A DNA stretch of 64,000 nucleotides, from NCBI RefSeq assembly GCF_009914755.1, contig NC_060937.1, one strand, 5' to 3'. Source of the DNA: the human T2T-CHM13v2.0 reference genome, Homo sapiens. Each line of letters starts with the position of its first letter. The first letter of the stretch is position 1. Positions 61,001 through 64,000 of this stretch are shown here, piece after piece. Below the pieces are notes generated by a model, which saw only the letters and a list, made by a program, of their open reading frames with translations, made no database searches and was not told the DNA's origin. Both the position numbers and the translations under genes were made by a program.

Positions 61001-64000
61001 AAATATATATTACATTAGGTACATAAAATATGAAAGTACATCAAATATAGATTATATACTGTACATAAAATACCAAAGTAACCCAAATACATATTATATA
61101 CTGTACATGCAATATCAAAGTTCACAAACTATATATTATATACTGTACATAAAATATCAAAGTACTCAAGTTATATATTCTATACTGTACAAAAAATATC
61201 AAAGTACCCAAAGCATGTATTATATACTGTACATAAAATATGAAAGTACATGAAATATATATTTTATTCTGTACATAAAATATCAAAGTACACCAAATAT
61301 ATATTCTATACTGTACATAAAATATCAAAGTACCCAAACTATACCTTATATACTGTACATAAAATATGAAATTACATCAAATATATATTATATTAGGTAC
61401 ATAAAATATGAAAGTACATCAAATATAGATTATATACTGTACATAAAATACCAAAGTACCCCAAATATATATTTTATACTGTACATGAAATATCAAAGTA
61501 CACAAACTATATATTATATACTGTACATAAAATATCAAAGTACCCAAGGTATATATTCTATACTGTACAAAAAATATCAAAGTACTCAAACATGTATTAT
61601 ATACTGTACATGAAATATGAAAGTACATCAAATATATATTTTATTCTGTACATAAAATATCAAAGTACACCAAATATATATTCTATAGTGTACATAAAAT
61701 ATCAAAGTACCCAAACTATACCTTATATACTGTACATGAAATATGAAATTACATCAAATATATATTATATTAGGTACATAAAATATGAAAGTACATCAAA
61801 TATAGATTATATACTGTACATAAAATACCAAAGTACCCCAAATATATATTTTATACTGTACATGAAATATCAAAGTTCACAAACTATATATTATATACTG
61901 TATATAAAATATCAAAGTACCCAAGGTATATATTCTATACTGTACAAAAAATATCAAAGTACCCAAAGCATGTATTATATACTGTACATAAAATATGAAA
62001 GTACATCAAATATATGTTTAATTCTGTACATAAAATATCAAAGTACACCAAATATATATTCTATAGTGTACATAAAATATCAAAGTACCCAAACTATACA
62101 TTATATACTGTACATAAAATATGAAATTACATCAAATATATATTACATTAGGTACATAAAATATGAAAGTACATCAAATATAGATTATATACTGTACATA
62201 AAATACCAAAGTAACCCAAATACATATTATATACTGTACATGCAATATCAAAGTTCACAAACTATATATTATATACTGTACATAAAATATCAAAGTACCC
62301 AAGGTACATATTCTATACTCTACAAAAAATATCAAAGTACGCAAAGCATGTATTATATACTGTACATAAAATATGAAAGTACATCAAATATATATTTTAT
62401 TCTGTACATAAGATATCAAAGTACACCAAATATATATTCTATAGTGTACATAAAATATCAAAGTACCCAAACAATACATTATATCCTGTACATAAAATAT
62501 GAAATTACATCAAATATATATTATAATAGGTACATAAAATATGAAAGTACATCAAATATAAATTATATACTGTACATAAAATACCAAAGAACCCCAAATA
62601 TATATTATATACTGTACATGAAATATCAAAGTTCACAAACTATATATTATATACTGTATATAAAATATCAAAGTACCCAAGGTATATATTCTATACTGTA
62701 CAAAAAATATCAAAGTACCCAAAGCATGTATTATATACTGTTCATAAAATATGAAAGTACATCAAATATATATTTTATTCTGTACATAAAATATCAAAGT
62801 ACACCAAATATATATTCTATAGTGTACATTAAATATCAAAGTACCCAAACTATACATTATATACTGTACATAAAATATGAAATTACATCAAATATATATT
62901 ATATTAGGTACATAAAATATGAAAGTACATCAAATATAGATTATATACTGTACATAAAATACCAAAGTACCCCAAATACATATTATATACTGTACATGAA
63001 ATATCAAAGTTCACAAACTATATATTATATACTGTACATAAAATATCAAAGTACCAAAAGTATATATTCTATACTGTACAAAAAATATCAAAGTACCCAA
63101 AGCATGTATTATATACTGTACATAAAATATGAAAGTACATCAAATATATATTTTATTCTGTACATAAAATATCAAAGTACACCAAATATATATTCTATAG
63201 TGTACATAAAATATCAAAGTACCCAAACTATACATTATATACTGTACATAAAATATGAAATTACATCAAATATATATTATATTAGGTACATAAAATATGA
63301 AAGTACATCAAATATATATTATATACTCTACATAAAATACCAAAGTACCCCAAATACATATTATATACTGTACATGCAATATCAAAGTTCACACACTATA
63401 TATTATATACTGTCCATAAAATATCAAAGTACCGAAGCTATATATTCTATACTGTACAAAAAATATCAAAGTACCCAAAGCATGTATTATATACTGTACA
63501 TAAAATATGAAAGTACATCAAATATATATTTAATTCTGTACATAAAATATCAAAGTACACCAAATATATATTCTATAGTGTACATAAAATATCAAAGTAC
63601 CCAAACTATACATTATATACTCTACATAAAATATGAAATTACATCAAATATATATTATGTTATGTACAGAAAATATGAAAATACATCAAATATAGGTTAT
63701 ATACTGTACATAAAATACCAAAGTACCCCAAATATATATTTTATACTGTACATGAAATATCAAAGTTCACAAACTATATATTATATACTGTACATAAAAT
63801 ATCAAAGTACTCAAGTTATATATTCTATACTGTACAAAAATATCAAAGTACCCAAAGCATGTATTATATACTGTACATAAAATATGAAAGTACATGAAAT
63901 ATATATTTTATTCTGTACATAAAATATCAAAGTACACCAAATATATATTCTATACTGTACATAAAATATCAAAGTACCCAAACTATACATTATATACTGT
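61000..64000 (+). repeat. 378-bp 9-mer HOR domain 3
   Basis: ORF 61592..63880 has a 126-aa period. The variants STKS (63054) and SSHT/TEA (~63390-63440) are shared with domain 1. Confidence 0.9.

Larger units (their letters stand above)
1..64000 (+). repeat. Human classical satellite 1A (HSat1A / SAR), 42-bp AT-rich tandem array, single orientation, continuing past both window edges
   Basis: A 42-bp period runs throughout. The consensus ACATAAAATATCAAAGTACCCAAACTATATATTATATACTGT has 20 A, 13 T, 7 C and 2 G (33/42 AT). Two GTAC sites in most monomers give 17+25 bp RsaI fragments, the classical definition of human satellite 1. The translation track shows a 14-aa period. Confidence 0.96.

Noticed and set aside
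1-64000. CRISPR-like array (conserved 'tactgtacataaaatat' alternating with more variable segments)
   Set aside because: The variable parts are homologous monomer variants recurring in fixed cyclic order, not unique spacers. There is no leader and there are no cas genes.
1-64000. TATA-box-like motifs (TATATA, TATAAA) as promoters
   Set aside because: They are expected at high frequency in 79% AT repeat. HSat1 transcription has been reported in general, but nothing here identifies a specific promoter.
1-64000. Embedded L1/Alu insertions, inversions, alpha satellite/CENP-B boxes, or HSat1B/HSat2/HSat3
   Set aside because: Reading through, I saw no non-satellite segment, no strand switch, no CATTC/GGAAT repeats, no 171-bp monomers and no Alu-derived GC-rich segment.
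1-64000. A novel gene-encoded biological system (diversity-generating cassette array, antigenic-variation locus)
   Set aside because: There is no recombinase, reverse transcriptase, expression site or unique sequence. All variation is explained by satellite turnover (point mutation, unequal exchange, conversion).

Overview
The whole 64 kb window is one uninterrupted, single-orientation tandem array of a ~79% AT, 42-bp satellite (consensus ACATAAAATATCAAAGT + ACCCAAACTATATATTATATACTGT, i.e. 17-bp and 25-bp halves delimited by GTAC/RsaI sites). This matches human classical satellite 1A (HSat1A/SAR) of pericentromeric and acrocentric heterochromatin; I cannot assign the chromosome from sequence alone. 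I see no genes, RNA genes, transposon insertions, inversions or CRISPR arrays. All listed ORFs arise because the monomer length is divisible by 3 and one frame lacks stops. I found no new coding or enzymatic system; the real information is the nested repeat architecture. Monomers are labelled A-I by their translation: A YESTSNIYFILYIK, B YQSTPNIYSIVYIK, C YQSTQTIHYILYIK, D YEITSNIYYIRYIK, E YESTSNIDYILYIK, F YQSTPNIYYILYMK, G YQSSQTIYYILYIK, H YQSTQGIYSILYKK, I YQSTQSMYYILYIK. Three domains of the canonical 378-bp 9-mer higher-order repeat (HOR) (~1-5190, ~12290-43920, ~61000-64000) alternate with two domains of a distinct 587-bp 14-mer HOR (~5190-12290, ~43920-61000). Superimposed are duplications with offsets of 1174, 1512, 2100, 2268, 6830/7039, 7557 and 9489 bp, plus distant haplotype matches at ~40.2 and 58.9 kb. 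Offsets were read by eye from diagnostic variants and ORF coordinates, and block boundaries are approximate (about +/-100 bp).
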